From contig CAWCXU010000013.1 of assembly GCA_963799625.1 (NCBI GenBank), positions 36,939 through 100,938 on the forward strand: 64,000 nt of DNA, given 5' to 3'. This DNA comes from an uncultured Actinomycetes bacterium (GTDB taxonomy: Bacteria; Actinomycetota; UBA4738; HRBIN12). How positions within the stretch are numbered: the first letter of the stretch is position 1; every line of letters starts with the position of its first letter. This document shows, piece by piece, positions 11,530 through 22,299 of this stretch. The position numbers and the translations under genes are program-made. The notes beneath the pieces are model-generated. The model was not told the origin of the DNA, made no database searches, and saw nothing but the letters and a program-made list of their open reading frames with translations.

Positions 11530-12221
11530 TGACGGTGGCCGTCGTCGAAGTCGATCGCGGCGTGGGTCCCGTCGCAGAACGGCTTGTTGCTCGAACGCCC
11601 GCACCGACACAGGGTCTGCCGGTTCCGCTGCTCGTAGGCGAAGCCGTCGGTCGCGACCACCTGGATGCCCCCTCGCACCGCCAGCGGACCGGAGACCCCT
11701 TGGGCCGGATCCTGAACGACGCCGATCGAGGGTTCGTACTCCTCCTCGAACGGAGCGCGCGTGCCTTTGTCCCACGCGACCAGGCGTCCCGACGGGCAGA
11801 GCTTCGCGTCGCGGATCGCCACCTCCTTCGAGGCCTCGTCCGGCTCGTCGACCAGGTTCCATACCGCACCGCCGTAGTCACAGAACCTGGCGAACGAACA
11901 CATGACCTCCGCGTCGGTGAGGATGAGGTTCGGGCCGACTTGCTCCTCGGCCTGGGCGAGATACGGCTCCCTGCTGGCCGTCTCTGTCCCGTCGAAGTCG
12001 CTGTCCTCGCACGCTCCGTCGCAGAAGGGTGCGGTCTTCGACCCGCCGCACCGACAGAGCTGGTACTCGGCCTCCGTGGTGAAGGCCTCTCCCTCACCCC
12101 ACTCGACCGAGAACCCTTCCTCGTCGGTGACGATCGTGCGCCTGACGAGCGGGACCGAACCCGCCACCCGATACGGACCGTTCGCCGTGACGGTGATGCG
12201 CATCTCCTCCGGCGTGGCCAT
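11526..12221 (-). CDS. CDGSH iron-sulfur protein (two CDGSH domains plus a central divergent ferredoxin-like segment)
   Basis: [25 protein letters not shown]...[22 protein letters not shown]. Confidence 0.9.
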   Translation of the reverse strand: MATPEEMRITVTANGPYRVAGSVPLVRRTIVTDEEGFSVEWGEGEAFTTEAEYQLCRCGGSKTAPFCDGACEDSDFDGTETASREPYLAQAEEQVGPNLILTDAEVMCSFARFCDYGGAVWNLVDEPDEASKEVAIRDAKLCPSGRLVAWDKGTRAPFEEEYEPSIGVVQDPAQGVSGPLAVRGGIQVVATDGFAYEQRNRQTLCRCGRSSNKPFCDGTHAAIDFDDGHRQ

Positions 12222-12297
12222 CAGATCCTTCCCCCCTGCGGCAAGCGAACGGCGTCCAGCCTGCACGTACTCGCGACACTCTAGACTCCGTCGCACG

Positions 12298-15200
12298 ATG
12301 ATCGCGTGCCCCGCGTGCGGCGCCGAGAACCCCGCGGACGCGCGGTTCTGTAACGCCTGCGGCGAAAGGCTCGCGGTCAGTGCACCCGCCGGCGAGGTCC
12401 GCAAGACCGTGACGGTGGTGTTCTGCGACGTGACCGGTTCGACGGCGCTCGGGGAACGCCTGGATCCCGAAACCTTGCGCCGTGTGATGAGCCGCTACTT
12501 CGCATCCATGGCCGAGACGATCGAACGCCACGGAGGAACGGTCGAGAAGTTCATCGGCGATGCCGTGATGGCCGTCTTCGGGATCCCGACCACGCACGAG
12601 GACGACGCGCTTCGCGCTGTGCGCGCCGCCGCCGGGATGCAGGATGCCCTCCGGCTGCTGAACAAGGAGCTCGAGCGGGACCAGGGTGCCGCCCTCACCT
12701 GCAGGATCGGCGTGCACACCGGCGAGGTCGTCGCCGGCGACGCCACGCTCCGGCAAGCGATGGTGACAGGCGACGCGGTCAACGTCGCTGCCAGGCTGGA
12801 GCAGGGGGCGCCACCCGGCGAGATCCTGATCTCCGATGCGACGCTCCGGCTCGTGCGCGACGCCGTCGTGGTCGAGAAGGTCGACCCCCTCGAGGCGAAG
12901 GGGAAGACCGAGCCGGTGCCCGCGCACCGACTCGTCGGGGTTCACGAGGGAGCGGCAGGGGTGGCCCGGCGACTCGACTCCCCCATGGTCGGCCGCGAGC
13001 GCCCGCTCGACCAACTGACGAGGGCCTTCGACGAGATCGAGGCCGATCGGGTCTGTCATCTGTTCACGGTGCTCGGCTCGGCAGGCGTGGGCAAATCCCG
13101 GCTGATCCAGGAGGCGATCGACCGGATCGGCGATCGGGCGACCGTTCTACGCGGGCGTTGCATCTCCTACGGCGAGGGCATCACGTATCGGCCGCTGATG
13201 GAGATCGTCCGCGATGCCCTCGACCCGGGCGCCCAGGCGCAGCCCGATCTGAGCTCCGCGATCGCGACGATGCTGTCGCCGGATCCGGCCGCGGGGGCCA
13301 TCGCGGCCCGCGTCGCCCAGCTCGTCGGGACGACCTCGGATGTCTCGATCCCGGCGGAGGAGATCGCGTGGGCGATCCGCCGGTTCTTCGAGGTGCTCGC
13401 GTCCGAACGACCGCTGCTCGTCGTCGTGGACGATCTTCACTGGGCCGAGCCCGGACTGCTCGACCTGCTGGACCGCGTGGCGGATCTCAGTCGCGATGCG
13501 CCGATCCTGCTGGTGTGCATGGCGCGACCCGAGCTGCTGGACCAGCGCGCGGATTGGGGCGGCGGCAAGCTTCACGCGACCACCGCGGCGCTCGAGCCAC
13601 TGTCGGAGCGGGAATCGGCGTCGCTGATCGACAACCTCCTCGGAACCGACGCGTTGGACACGGCCGTGCGGGCGCGGATCCTCGCTGCGGCCGAGGGGAA
13701 CCCGCTGTTCGTCGAGGAAACGATCGCGATGCTCGTCGATGAGGGTGCGCTCCGATCCGAGGGCGGCAGATGGGTCGCCGCCGAGGATCTGGAGGAAGTG
13801 GCGGTTCCACCAACCATCCAGGCCCTGCTGGACGCTCGCTTGGACCGTCTCGACGAACCCGACCGGGCGGCGCTCGGCCGCGCATCCGTCGTCGGCCAGG
13901 TCTTCTACGTGGGGGCGGTCGCAGCGCTGTCTCCACAGACCGAACGCGACGGTGTGATGGGCAGGATGCAGCAGCTCGTGCGTCGCGACCTGATCCGGCC
14001 CGATCGCTCCGACGTCGTCGGAGAGGAGGCGTTCCGGTTCCGTCACGGCACGATCCGAGACGCCGCCTACGCCATGCTCCCGAAGGAGGTCCGAGCGGAT
14101 CTCCATGAGCGGCTCGCGGGGTGGCTCGAGGGTCTGCCCGATCTGGTCGACGCCGACGAGTTCGTGGGCTACCACCTTGAACGCGCGCACGCGCTGCTGC
14201 TCGAACTCGGTCCGCCGGACGCTCGGACCGCAACTCTCGGGGAGCGGGCGGCGTCCCACCTGTCCGCGTCCGCGACGAACGCGACCGCTCGCGCCGACCT
14301 CCGCGCCGCCGAGAACCTCTTCGGTCGTGCCGCAGCCCTGCGCGGTTCTGACACCGCCGATCGCGCCTGGGATCTGATCGGTCTCGGCTGGGCTCGGCTC
14401 GACCTCGATCGGGTCGGCGACGCGATCGAGCCATTCGCGACGGCACGCGCGATCGCGGACGAACAGACCGACGAGCGCCTCGCGATCCACGCCGCGCTGG
14501 TCCAGGCGTACGCCGCACTCTTGGTGGCCCCCGAGGGAGCCGCCGAGGCCCTCACCGACCTGGTCGGCGCCGTGCTCCCTCGCCTCACGGCGATGGACGA
14601 TCAGCGGGGCCTCGCGATCGCGCTCTTCTCCCGCGGCTACGTCTCTTGGCAGGGCTGCCGGTTCGAAGCTGCCCGCACAGACATGCACGCATGTGTCGAG
14701 CACGCGCGGCTCGCGGGGGATCGCACGATCGAACTCACCGCCACCATCACCGGCGCGATGGCGGGCGTGCTCGGGACGGCGACGGCCGTGGAGATCCTCG
14801 AGGAGGCGGATCGAGCGGAGCTGGAGGCGGCGACGTTCCCGACCCTCTTGCCGATGACCCTTGCCGTCCGCGCCCACGCGGAAGGGATGCTTGGACGATT
14901 CGACGAGGCGCGCGCCCTGGTCGCCCGGGCGACCGAGATCCAGCTCGATCTCCAGGGGTTCGTTCCCTCAGGGATCGGGGAGGGGTCATGGCGTATCGAG
15001 ATGTGGGCCGGCGACCTCGACGCCGCGGATCGGCACGGGCAGGAGGATCACGCGTTGATGCTGCAGCGCGGCGACATCGCGCACGCCTCCACCGCGGCCG
15101 GCGAGCGCGCCTTGACCTGCTACCAGCTCGGACGGCTCGACGAGGCTCGTCGACTCGCGACGGAGTGCCGCGACACCGGTGCGAGCGACGACGTGTACAA

Positions 15201-15486
15201 CCAGTACCTCTGGCGGGGCGTTGAGGCGGCGATCTCCGCACGTGAGGGTGAGGTCGATCGGGCCGACCGGCTGATCGCCGAGGCGATCGAGTGGGTCGAG
15301 CGGTCCGACGCGCTGCTCGACCGGGCGATGATCCTGGAGTTGAAAGCGGACCTTTCGGCCCGACTGGGTCGTAGCGAACCGGCCGCGACGGCGCTCGCCG
15401 AAGCCCGCGGGTTGGCCGACCGGAAGGGCGCCACCGCCATCGTCCAGCATCTGGACCGCGTGGCGACCGAGCTCGATCTCGCCTGA
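12298..15486 (+). CDS. Zn-ribbon + class III nucleotide cyclase + AAA (STAND-like) + TPR protein
   Basis: CPACG..FCNACG; FCDVTGST, KFIGDA, GDAVNVAARL; Walker A GSAGVGKS; VVDDLHWA; GNPLF. Confidence 0.92.
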   Translation: MIACPACGAENPADARFCNACGERLAVSAPAGEVRKTVTVVFCDVTGSTALGERLDPETLRRVMSRYFASMAETIERHGGTVEKFIGDAVMAVFGIPTTHEDDALRAVRAAAGMQDALRLLNKELERDQGAALTCRIGVHTGEVVAGDATLRQAMVTGDAVNVAARLEQGAPPGEILISDATLRLVRDAVVVEKVDPLEAKGKTEPVPAHRLVGVHEGAAGVARRLDSPMVGRERPLDQLTRAFDEIEADRVCHLFTVLGSAGVGKSRLIQEAIDRIGDRATVLRGRCISYGEGITYRPLMEIVRDALDPGAQAQPDLSSAIATMLSPDPAAGAIAARVAQLVGTTSDVSIPAEEIAWAIRRFFEVLASERPLLVVVDDLHWAEPGLLDLLDRVADLSRDAPILLVCMARPELLDQRADWGGGKLHATTAALEPLSERESASLIDNLLGTDALDTAVRARILAAAEGNPLFVEETIAMLVDEGALRSEGGRWVAAEDLEEVAVPPTIQALLDARLDRLDEPDRAALGRASVVGQVFYVGAVAALSPQTERDGVMGRMQQLVRRDLIRPDRSDVVGEEAFRFRHGTIRDAAYAMLPKEVRADLHERLAGWLEGLPDLVDADEFVGYHLERAHALLLELGPPDARTATLGERAASHLSASATNATARADLRAAENLFGRAAALRGSDTADRAWDLIGLGWARLDLDRVGDAIEPFATARAIADEQTDERLAIHAALVQAYAALLVAPEGAAEALTDLVGAVLPRLTAMDDQRGLAIALFSRGYVSWQGCRFEAARTDMHACVEHARLAGDRTIELTATITGAMAGVLGTATAVEILEEADRAELEAATFPTLLPMTLAVRAHAEGMLGRFDEARALVARATEIQLDLQGFVPSGIGEGSWRIEMWAGDLDAADRHGQEDHALMLQRGDIAHASTAAGERALTCYQLGRLDEARRLATECRDTGASDDVYNQYLWRGVEAAISAREGEVDRADRLIAEAIEWVERSDALLDRAMILELKADLSARLGRSEPAATALAEARGLADRKGATAIVQHLDRVATELDLA

Positions 15487-15528
15487 GCCGCTCGGGCCAC
15501 GTCGACACAGGGAGATGCCGGAGCCCTC

Positions 15529-16383
15529 TCAGCCGGCGAACGGTGTCTCGGCGATGCCACCGACACCCGGCGTGCATGCGAACACGCTGCCGGCAAGTGG
15601 CTCCTCGGCGATCTCGGCGTCGCTCAGCGTCTCGGTCGCGCTCGTGATGTAGAGGGTTCCCATATCGGGGCCGCCGAAGGCGATGCCGGTGCCGCGCGAG
15701 ACCGGCAGATCGACGATCCGGTCGATCCCGCCGTCCGGGTCGTAGCGGACGATGCGGCCGTAGACGGGCTGGGCGCTCCACACGAACCCTTCACGATCCA
15801 CCGTGAGCCCATCCGGGAAACCGACGGCCTCCGGGTCGAGCTGCACGAACGGGCGCCGTCCTTCGATCTCGCCGCTATCCGGATCGAAGTCGAACGCGAA
15901 GATCGCGTACCGGAAGCTCTCGGTGTGGTACATGACCCGACCGTCAGGACTCCACCCGATCCCGTTCGAACACTTGACCTCGTCATGCATGCGGGTGATC
16001 CGCCCATCCGGATCGAATCGGTACAGCGCGCCTGTCGGTGCGAGCCAGTCCTCGGCTCCCATCGTGCCTGCCCAGAGCCGACCTTGACGATCACACTTGC
16101 CGTCGTTGAATCGGTTCCCGCCGCGTTCCGGTTCGGGGTCCGCCAAGATCTCGAGATGACCGGAGTCCACGTCGTAGAACGCGAAGTTCTTGCGCATCGA
16201 GAGCACCAGCCCGCCCTGCGCTCGGGTCGACACCGACGTCACCCAATCCGGCAGGTCGAACGTGCGATGGTCGCCGTCGGTCGGGCGGAAGATGTGGATC
16301 ACCTGCCCTGGGATATCCACCAGGTACAGCTGCTGCGTCGGGGGGTCCCACAGCGGTGCCTCACCAACGACGTGTTCGGGCAC
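15529..16383 (-). CDS. SMP-30/gluconolactonase/LRE family protein
   Basis: GEAPLWD, RFNDGKCD, SNGIGWSPDG, PDGLTVD, LYITSA. Confidence 0.92.
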   Translation of the reverse strand: MPEHVVGEAPLWDPPTQQLYLVDIPGQVIHIFRPTDGDHRTFDLPDWVTSVSTRAQGGLVLSMRKNFAFYDVDSGHLEILADPEPERGGNRFNDGKCDRQGRLWAGTMGAEDWLAPTGALYRFDPDGRITRMHDEVKCSNGIGWSPDGRVMYHTESFRYAIFAFDFDPDSGEIEGRRPFVQLDPEAVGFPDGLTVDREGFVWSAQPVYGRIVRYDPDGGIDRIVDLPVSRGTGIAFGGPDMGTLYITSATETLSDAEIAEEPLAGSVFACTPGVGGIAETPFAG

Positions 16384-16451
16384 GGATCACGACCGACACG
16401 TCGGTCGGCGTCGGCTCGATCTCGGGCGGTCTTCCTGTTCGTCCATCGCCA

Positions 16452-17429
16452 CTAGAGCCAGCCGGCGCGGCGGAACAACCAGTAGAGACCGAGGGACGCG
16501 CCGATGATCAGAACTCCCGAGGTCACGACCCCCCAGGGTTGCGAGAAGCCCGGGTAGGGAACGTTCATCCCGTAGTAGCCCGTGACGAGGGCGGGCACGC
16601 CGAAGATCGCCGCCCAGCTGCTGACCTTCTTCACGATCAGGTTCTGCCGATAGTCCCGCAAGCTGAGATTCGTCTCGACGATCGTGCTCACGAGGTCACG
16701 GAGTGAATCGGTCGACTCACTCACGCGCAGGATGTGGTCGTACACGTCCTGGAAGTAGGGGTAGAGCTCTTCTGCGATCGGCGAGTGTTCCCGCCGCATG
16801 AGGCTGCTGATCGCCTCTCGCATCAGCACGACGAGGCGATGGAACCGCACCATCGCTCGGCGCATGTCGAACCAGTGGCGCTGCTTCGCCGGATCGAGGG
16901 GGCGGTCGGCGAAGATCTGGTCGCTGACCTCCTCGTAGTACGCATCGAACGCCTGGACAGTATCGAAGTAGGTGTCGACGATCGCGTCGAGCAGGCCGTA
17001 GAGGAGGAAGCTGACGCCGAAGGCGGCGAGGTCGGGCGATCGGTCCCACCGCTCGAGCACCGGATCGATCGGGAAGCGGTCGTTCTCGCGAACGGTGATG
17101 AGCCAGCGCTCGTTGATGAACGCGTGGACCTCCGTCTCATCGAGACGACCACCGTCGGCGTCGACGCCCACGGCGTAACAGGACAGGAACAGATGCGTCG
17201 CGTACCTGTCGAGCTTGGGACGCTGGTGAGGCTCCAGCGCGTCCTCGACGGCGAGCTCGTGCAGCCCGAACTCAGCGGTCAACTCGTGAAGCTGTTCCCT
17301 CGTGGGTCTCAAGAGATCGACCCACACGACCGTGTCTGGATCCACCAGGTACTCGGACACATCGGCGATGGGGAACCCCTCGGCCTCGAGGGTCCCCTTC
17401 CGATAGACCCTCGTCAGGTGCTCACCCAT
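16452..17429 (-). CDS. corA: CorA-family Mg2+/Co2+ transporter
   Basis: LHELAVEDAL, YFQDVYDH, YGMN signature between two C-terminal TMs. Confidence 0.92.
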   Translation of the reverse strand: MGEHLTRVYRKGTLEAEGFPIADVSEYLVDPDTVVWVDLLRPTREQLHELTAEFGLHELAVEDALEPHQRPKLDRYATHLFLSCYAVGVDADGGRLDETEVHAFINERWLITVRENDRFPIDPVLERWDRSPDLAAFGVSFLLYGLLDAIVDTYFDTVQAFDAYYEEVSDQIFADRPLDPAKQRHWFDMRRAMVRFHRLVVLMREAISSLMRREHSPIAEELYPYFQDVYDHILRVSESTDSLRDLVSTIVETNLSLRDYRQNLIVKKVSSWAAIFGVPALVTGYYGMNVPYPGFSQPWGVVTSGVLIIGASLGLYWLFRRAGWL

Positions 17430-17436
17430 GAGGACG

Positions 17437-17646
17437 TCAGGAAGCCGACACGGAGATGAGCCGGTAGTGCTTCCCCGACGCCATCGCCTCTTCCTCGGCC
17501 CTGTCCCGGTGTCCGTCGCAGGCGAGGGTCCCCGAGTAGTTCCAGACGCTCCGCTGCGAGGGATCGCCCTCCGGTGGCTGCTCGGACAACACAGCCCAGG
17601 TGGCGGAGTTCTCGCACCCCGGGGAGCTACAGGGGTAGCCGCTCAT
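17437..17646 (-). CDS. Small Cys/His protein (putative Zn finger, 69 aa)
   Basis: CSSPGC...ACDGH; ends 7 bp upstream of corA. Confidence 0.55.
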   Translation of the reverse strand: MSGYPCSSPGCENSATWAVLSEQPPEGDPSQRSVWNYSGTLACDGHRDRAEEEAMASGKHYRLISVSAS

Positions 17647-17698
17647 AGCGCGAGGATACGGCGCGCACGGACGAGGCGCTCGCGGCTAGCATCCACGG

Positions 17699-18794
17699 AT
17701 GGACGAGGCGCTCCGGGTGCTTGCCGTGGCAGCGGGTGCGGCCATCGTCGTGGCGACGTTGGGTTCTGCGATCAAGACGGTGATCCTGCCCCGTGCGTCT
17801 GCATCGTCCATCACGCGGTGGGTCTTCTTGACGATGCGGCGGATCTATCTCGTGATCGCGCCGCGGAACCTCTCCTACGAACGCCGCGACCGTCGGCTGG
17901 CCACGTACGCCCCGATCAGCCTCACCGTGACGCTCGCCGTCTGGCTCGTCTTGGTGCTGCGTCGGCTACACGCTCATCTTCATCGGGGTCAACGATCTTT
18001 CCGTCCGTGACGCGTTCACCTTGTCGGGCTCGTCGCTGTTCACCCTCGGCTTCGCCCATCCGTCAGGGCTCCCGGCAACGACCCTCGTGTTCACCGAAGC
18101 GGCGATCGGTCTGTTCCTGCTGGCGCTCCTGATCACGTACCTCCCTGCGATCTACTCCGCGTATGCGCGCCGCGAGGTCGGCGTCACCGCCCTCGAGGTG
18201 CGGGCCGGCTCCCCGCCGTCGGCACGCGAGATGGTCTGGCGGCACTGGACCCTCGAGCGCATGGGCGAGCTGGGCGCGGTCTGGCAGGAGTGGGAACGCT
18301 GGTACGTCGACGTGGAGGAGAGCCACACCTCGTTGCCCTCGCTCGTCTTCTTCCGATCCCCGCAGCCCGACCACAGCTGGGTGACCGCGGCGGGCGCCGT
18401 GCTCGACAGCGCCGCGCTCACCCTGTCGACCGTCGACATCCCGAGGGACGTGCACGCGGAGTTCTGCTTGCGCGCCGGCTACCTGTGCTTGCGCAGGATC
18501 GCCGGGTTCTTCAAGGTTCCGTTCGATCCCGATCCGGCGCCCGACGATCCGATCTCCGTGTCACGTGAGGAATGGCAGGCGGCGGTCGAAGAGCTCGAGC
18601 GTGAAGGGGTGCCGCTGAAGCCCGATCGAGAGCAGTCGTGGCGAGACTTCGCGGGATGGCGCGTGAACTACGACACGGCCCTGCTCGCGCTCGCGAACAT
18701 CGCGGGCGCTCCGACCGCGCCGTGGTCGTCGGATCGCTCCGGCGACCGGACCATGGCGCCCCGTGCGTTCAGATCCCGGATGAGCGACCGCTGA
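17699..18794 (+). CDS. Ion-channel-like membrane protein (2TM/pore-like), frameshift at ~17960
   Basis: SGSSLFTLGF pore-like segment, ITYLPAIYSAY, ESHTSLPSLVFFRS. Confidence 0.75.
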
Positions 18795-18821
18795 CAGCCG
18801 GCGAACGACAGGAGGAACGCG

Positions 18822-19649
18822 ATGCGATTCGGACTCGACATCTCCCAGCATCAGCTGAGCTGGGAGGAGCTGGTGGCACGTGCGCGGCTGGCCGAGGACG
18901 CGGCGCTCGACGGCGTCTGGGTGTTCGATCACTTCAAGGCGCTCTACGGCGATCCGAAAGGGCCGTCACTCGAGGCGTGGACGCTCTTGGCGGGATTGGC
19001 GCGCGAGACCTCACGCGTCCGGCTCGGGACGCTCGTCACCGGGATGACGCACCGCCACCCGTCCGTACTGGCGGCCGAGGTCGTCACCGTCGACCACCTC
19101 TCGGGTGGCCGCGTCGAGTGCGCCATCGGCGCGGCGTGGAACGAACCAGAGCATCGCGAGCTCGGCATCCCCTTCCCTCCGACGTCGGAGCGACTGGACC
19201 GGCTCGAGGAAGGCATCCAGGTCCTTCGCCTCCTCTTCACCGAAGAAGACGTGAGCTTCGACGGCCGCACCTACCAGCTGGAGGGCGCTACCTACCGGCC
19301 GAAGCCTGTGCAGCAACCGCACCCGCCGATCTGGGTCGGTGGGGAAGGGCGCAAGAGAACCCTCCCGATCGTCGGCAGGTTCGCTGACGCGTGGCACGGG
19401 TGGGCATCCGATGCGACCGAGCTCGCGGCACTGAACGCGATCATCGACGGCGCGGCCGAGGAGGCCGGCAGGGACCCCGCATCGATCCTCCGAGCCTCGA
19501 GCCTCTCTATCTCCGAGCCATGGGACGAAGTGAAGGCTGCGTACGAGTGGATGCAGGGCGGAGGGATCGGCTACCTCGTCATCGATTGGCCGACGGAGGG
19601 ACAAGGCAGACTCGAGGAGTTCCTCGAGCGCATCCTGCCTACCCTGTAG
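18822..19649 (+). CDS. LLM-class (probably F420-dependent) oxidoreductase
   Basis: VWVFDHF, LEAWTLLAGLA, RLGTLVT, DHLSGGR, PKPVQQPHPPIWVGG; GGAGG RBS. Confidence 0.9.
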   Translation: MRFGLDISQHQLSWEELVARARLAEDAALDGVWVFDHFKALYGDPKGPSLEAWTLLAGLARETSRVRLGTLVTGMTHRHPSVLAAEVVTVDHLSGGRVECAIGAAWNEPEHRELGIPFPPTSERLDRLEEGIQVLRLLFTEEDVSFDGRTYQLEGATYRPKPVQQPHPPIWVGGEGRKRTLPIVGRFADAWHGWASDATELAALNAIIDGAAEEAGRDPASILRASSLSISEPWDEVKAAYEWMQGGGIGYLVIDWPTEGQGRLEEFLERILPTL

Positions 19650-19660
19650 CGGTTGGCTCT

Positions 19661-19897
19661 CTAGAGGGCCCGGATCTCGAGACCTGAGAAATCTGCGAGG
19701 ACCTTTCTCATAAGCTCCAGCGCTTCAGCGTCGACAGGGCCTGCCCCCGGGATCCTCCTCGGCATCCTGATGTACCCGAGGTCGCTCTCGTGCTCCAGCT
19801 GCCGCAGAGCCTCCTCGAAGAGCATGTCCCAATCGTCCACCGGGCAAGCGACCGAGATCCGCAGCGAGGCTCCGTCGCGATCGATCCTCCACGGCAT
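19661..19897 (-). CDS. Hypothetical protein (78 aa)
   Basis: Strong RBS GGGAGGGG before ATG; protein-like composition. Confidence 0.55.
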   Translation of the reverse strand: MPWRIDRDGASLRISVACPVDDWDMLFEEALRQLEHESDLGYIRMPRRIPGAGPVDAEALELMRKVLADFSGLEIRAL

Positions 19898-19927
19898 GGC
19901 GTCCCCTCCCTAATGCTCGAAGGTCAT

Positions 19928-20111
19928 TTAAGCAGGTCCGAAGGAGTAGTCCGACTTCGAGAACGCCGACGACCATCCACAGTGCGGGCACCGTTCGATG
20001 ACCCTCAGATCGTCGCGGATCCCGTCCCAGGTTCCTCGATCCATCTGGATCGCGGACGGGAACGCGACGACCGCAATGGGCGCAACTCAGGGTCAACGTG
20101 TCCTCTCCCAT
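19928..20111 (-). CDS. Small zinc-ribbon protein, frameshift at ~20068
   Basis: Repaired: MGEDTLTLSCAHCG-AFPSAIQMDRGTWDGIRDDLRVIERCPHCGWSSAFSKSDYSFGPA. Confidence 0.55.
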
Positions 20112-20214
20112 ATGTCCCCACCGTCTGAAGGCGCAGAGACCCTCGATGCCGCCGATGGGGAAGCCCGGCGACCGCGAGAGGCTCTTGCTGACCTATCGGT
20201 GATCTTGTTGGAGT

Positions 20215-20754
20215 GTGCCGGTTGAACCGTGTCCCCGCATCGGCCGAGTGTCCCGACCCCCGATAGGCCGACACGGGGTTTCGCCTAGGTCGGATGGAAG
20301 CGGTCTTCTCTGCGAGCCGAGAGATACTGGAAGCGCTCGACAACGGCGGGAAGGCTCCTCCGCAGAGAGGGCACATCTGGTGGCCGATCAACGTCTGACC
20401 GTGGATGGGATGTGTTTCCGATACGGTCCTCCGCTCGAACGGCTGTGGGCGGAGAGACATCTCGCGGTGCCGGACGAAGGACTGACGTACGTCGATGACC
20501 ATGAGCTCGTCATCCTCGGAAACACACTCAAAGATCTGCTCGAGGCCCTGGTGCGCCAGCAGGTGTCTACGGATCGCGCCAGCGCACTGGCCGCGGACCC
20601 ACACGCTGAGCGGTCCAAACTGAACGCCGCTCGCGCTCAGGCGAAACGGATCGATGGACTGATAACCGGAGCACTTGCCGACAAGGACGTTCGAGGACAG
20701 CTCTACCGATTGAAGGCGCTTATCGGGAGCAGGGAAGACCGGTCGGTGCGCTAG
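20215..20754 (+). CDS. Hypothetical protein (start uncertain, perhaps ~20400)
   Basis: C-terminal 115 aa look helical and protein-like; stop lies 12 bp before the SARP gene. Confidence 0.4.
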   Translation: MPVEPCPRIGRVSRPPIGRHGVSPRSDGSGLLCEPRDTGSARQRREGSSAERAHLVADQRLTVDGMCFRYGPPLERLWAERHLAVPDEGLTYVDDHELVILGNTLKDLLEALVRQQVSTDRASALAADPHAERSKLNAARAQAKRIDGLITGALADKDVRGQLYRLKALIGSREDRSVR

Positions 20755-20766
20755 CCTGCGCTCCTC

Positions 20767-22298
20767 GTGATCAACTTCCGGATCCTGGGTCCCTTCTCGG
20801 TGCTACGGGATGAGACCCCCCTCCCGATCCAGGGGGGTAAGGAGCGGGCTGCGCTCGCGATCCTCCTGCTGAACGCCGGACAGGTGGTGTCGGCGGACCA
20901 CATGATCGACGCGCTGTGGGAGTCCGAGGCCCCGGCCACCGCTCGGAACTCACTTCACGTGCGGATCGCGGCGCTGCGCAAGACGTTGGGATCGGATCGG
21001 ATCGAAACGCGAGCACCCGGCTACGTGGTGCATGTGGAAGCGGGTGAGCTCGACCTCGAACGGTTCGAACATCTGATCCTGCGCGGGCGCGGTGAGGACC
21101 TCCGTCAGGCGCTCGCGCTTTGGAGCGGCGCGCCGCTCGCGGATTTCGCGCGAGAGCGTTGGGCGACCGCGGCGATCGCACGACTCGACGAGATGCGGCT
21201 GCTCGCGCTCGAGCGACTCGCAGATATCGATCTGGAACTCGGCCGCCATGCCGAGCTGGTCGGGCGGCTCGAGGCCGAGCTCGTGGACCATCCGTTCCGG
21301 GAACGATTGCGAGCCCAGCTCATGCTCGCCTTGTACCGAAGCGGCCGCCAGGCGGATGCGCTCGCGTCGTACCGCGCCGGCCGCGCCGCGATGGTGGAGG
21401 AACTGGGGATCGAGCCCTACCCGGCGATGCAGGAGCTCGAGCAGGCGATCCTTCGCCAGGATCCGGCGCTCGATCTCGGCCAGCCTGGCGAGGTGGAGCG
21501 CTCGATCCTCGTCGCGGCGTTCGACGGCACGCGGCTCGAAGGGCTGGCGGAGATCGCCGACACGCTCGCTCGCCGGTCGAAGCGAACACTGATCCTCACG
21601 CAGCCGATCGCTGCCGACGGAGATCTCGGTGACGCGACCGCAGCGTTCACGCGCTGAGCGAACGGTTGGTTGCCGGGGGCACTGCCACCCGCGTGGCTGC
21701 GTTCAGATCCGGTTCGCCGGGGCGCGACGTCGCCGGCTTCGCCGCCGAGCAAGACGTCGACCTGGTGCTCGTCGATGGATCGGCCGAGCTGCTCGATGAC
21801 GCTGCCGTCGCCGACCTGCTCGACGCATCGCCCTGCGACGTGGCCGTCGTATCAGCCGGCGAACCGAGAGAGGGCACCGTGCTGGTGCCGTTCATCGGGG
21901 CCGACCACGATTGGTCGGCGGTCGAGCTCGGGGCGTGGCTCGCGAGCGCGCGTGACGGCAAGCTCACCCTGGTCGGCCCGACGGACGACGAGCGCGACTC
22001 GAGCAGGTTGCTGGCCAGCGCGTCGATCGCGGTGCAGCGCGCGCTCGGTGTGACGGTGGTGCCGGTCGTCATCCCACCCGGCGCCGACGAACTCGTGGAG
22101 GTCGCGAACGAGGCGGCGATCGTGGTGGTCGGACTCTCCGACCGATGGCGAACCGAGGGCCTCGGCCCCGTGCGCTCGGCGTTGGCGGCACGAGCCGTGC
22201 CTCCGGTGATCCTCGTCCACAGAGGGCTTCGGCCCGGCGGCCTCGCACCGCCCGACGGCCTGTCGCGATTCACGTGGTCGATCCGTATCCCGGGATAG
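20767..22298 (+). CDS. SARP/AfsR-family regulator (wHTH+BTAD) with C-terminal USP-like domains, frameshift at ~21660
   Basis: FRILGP, LLLNAGQVVSAD, HPFRERLRAQLMLALYRSGRQADAL, EELGIEP; then DLVLVD, SPCDVAV, VVVGLSDRWRTEGLG. Confidence 0.85.
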
Positions 22299-22299
22299 C

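Noticed and set aside
11902-12297. N-terminal extension of the STAND cyclase ORF
   Set aside because: It is antisense to the CDGSH gene; the Zn-ribbon start MIACPACG at 12298 matches the paralogue start at 60690.
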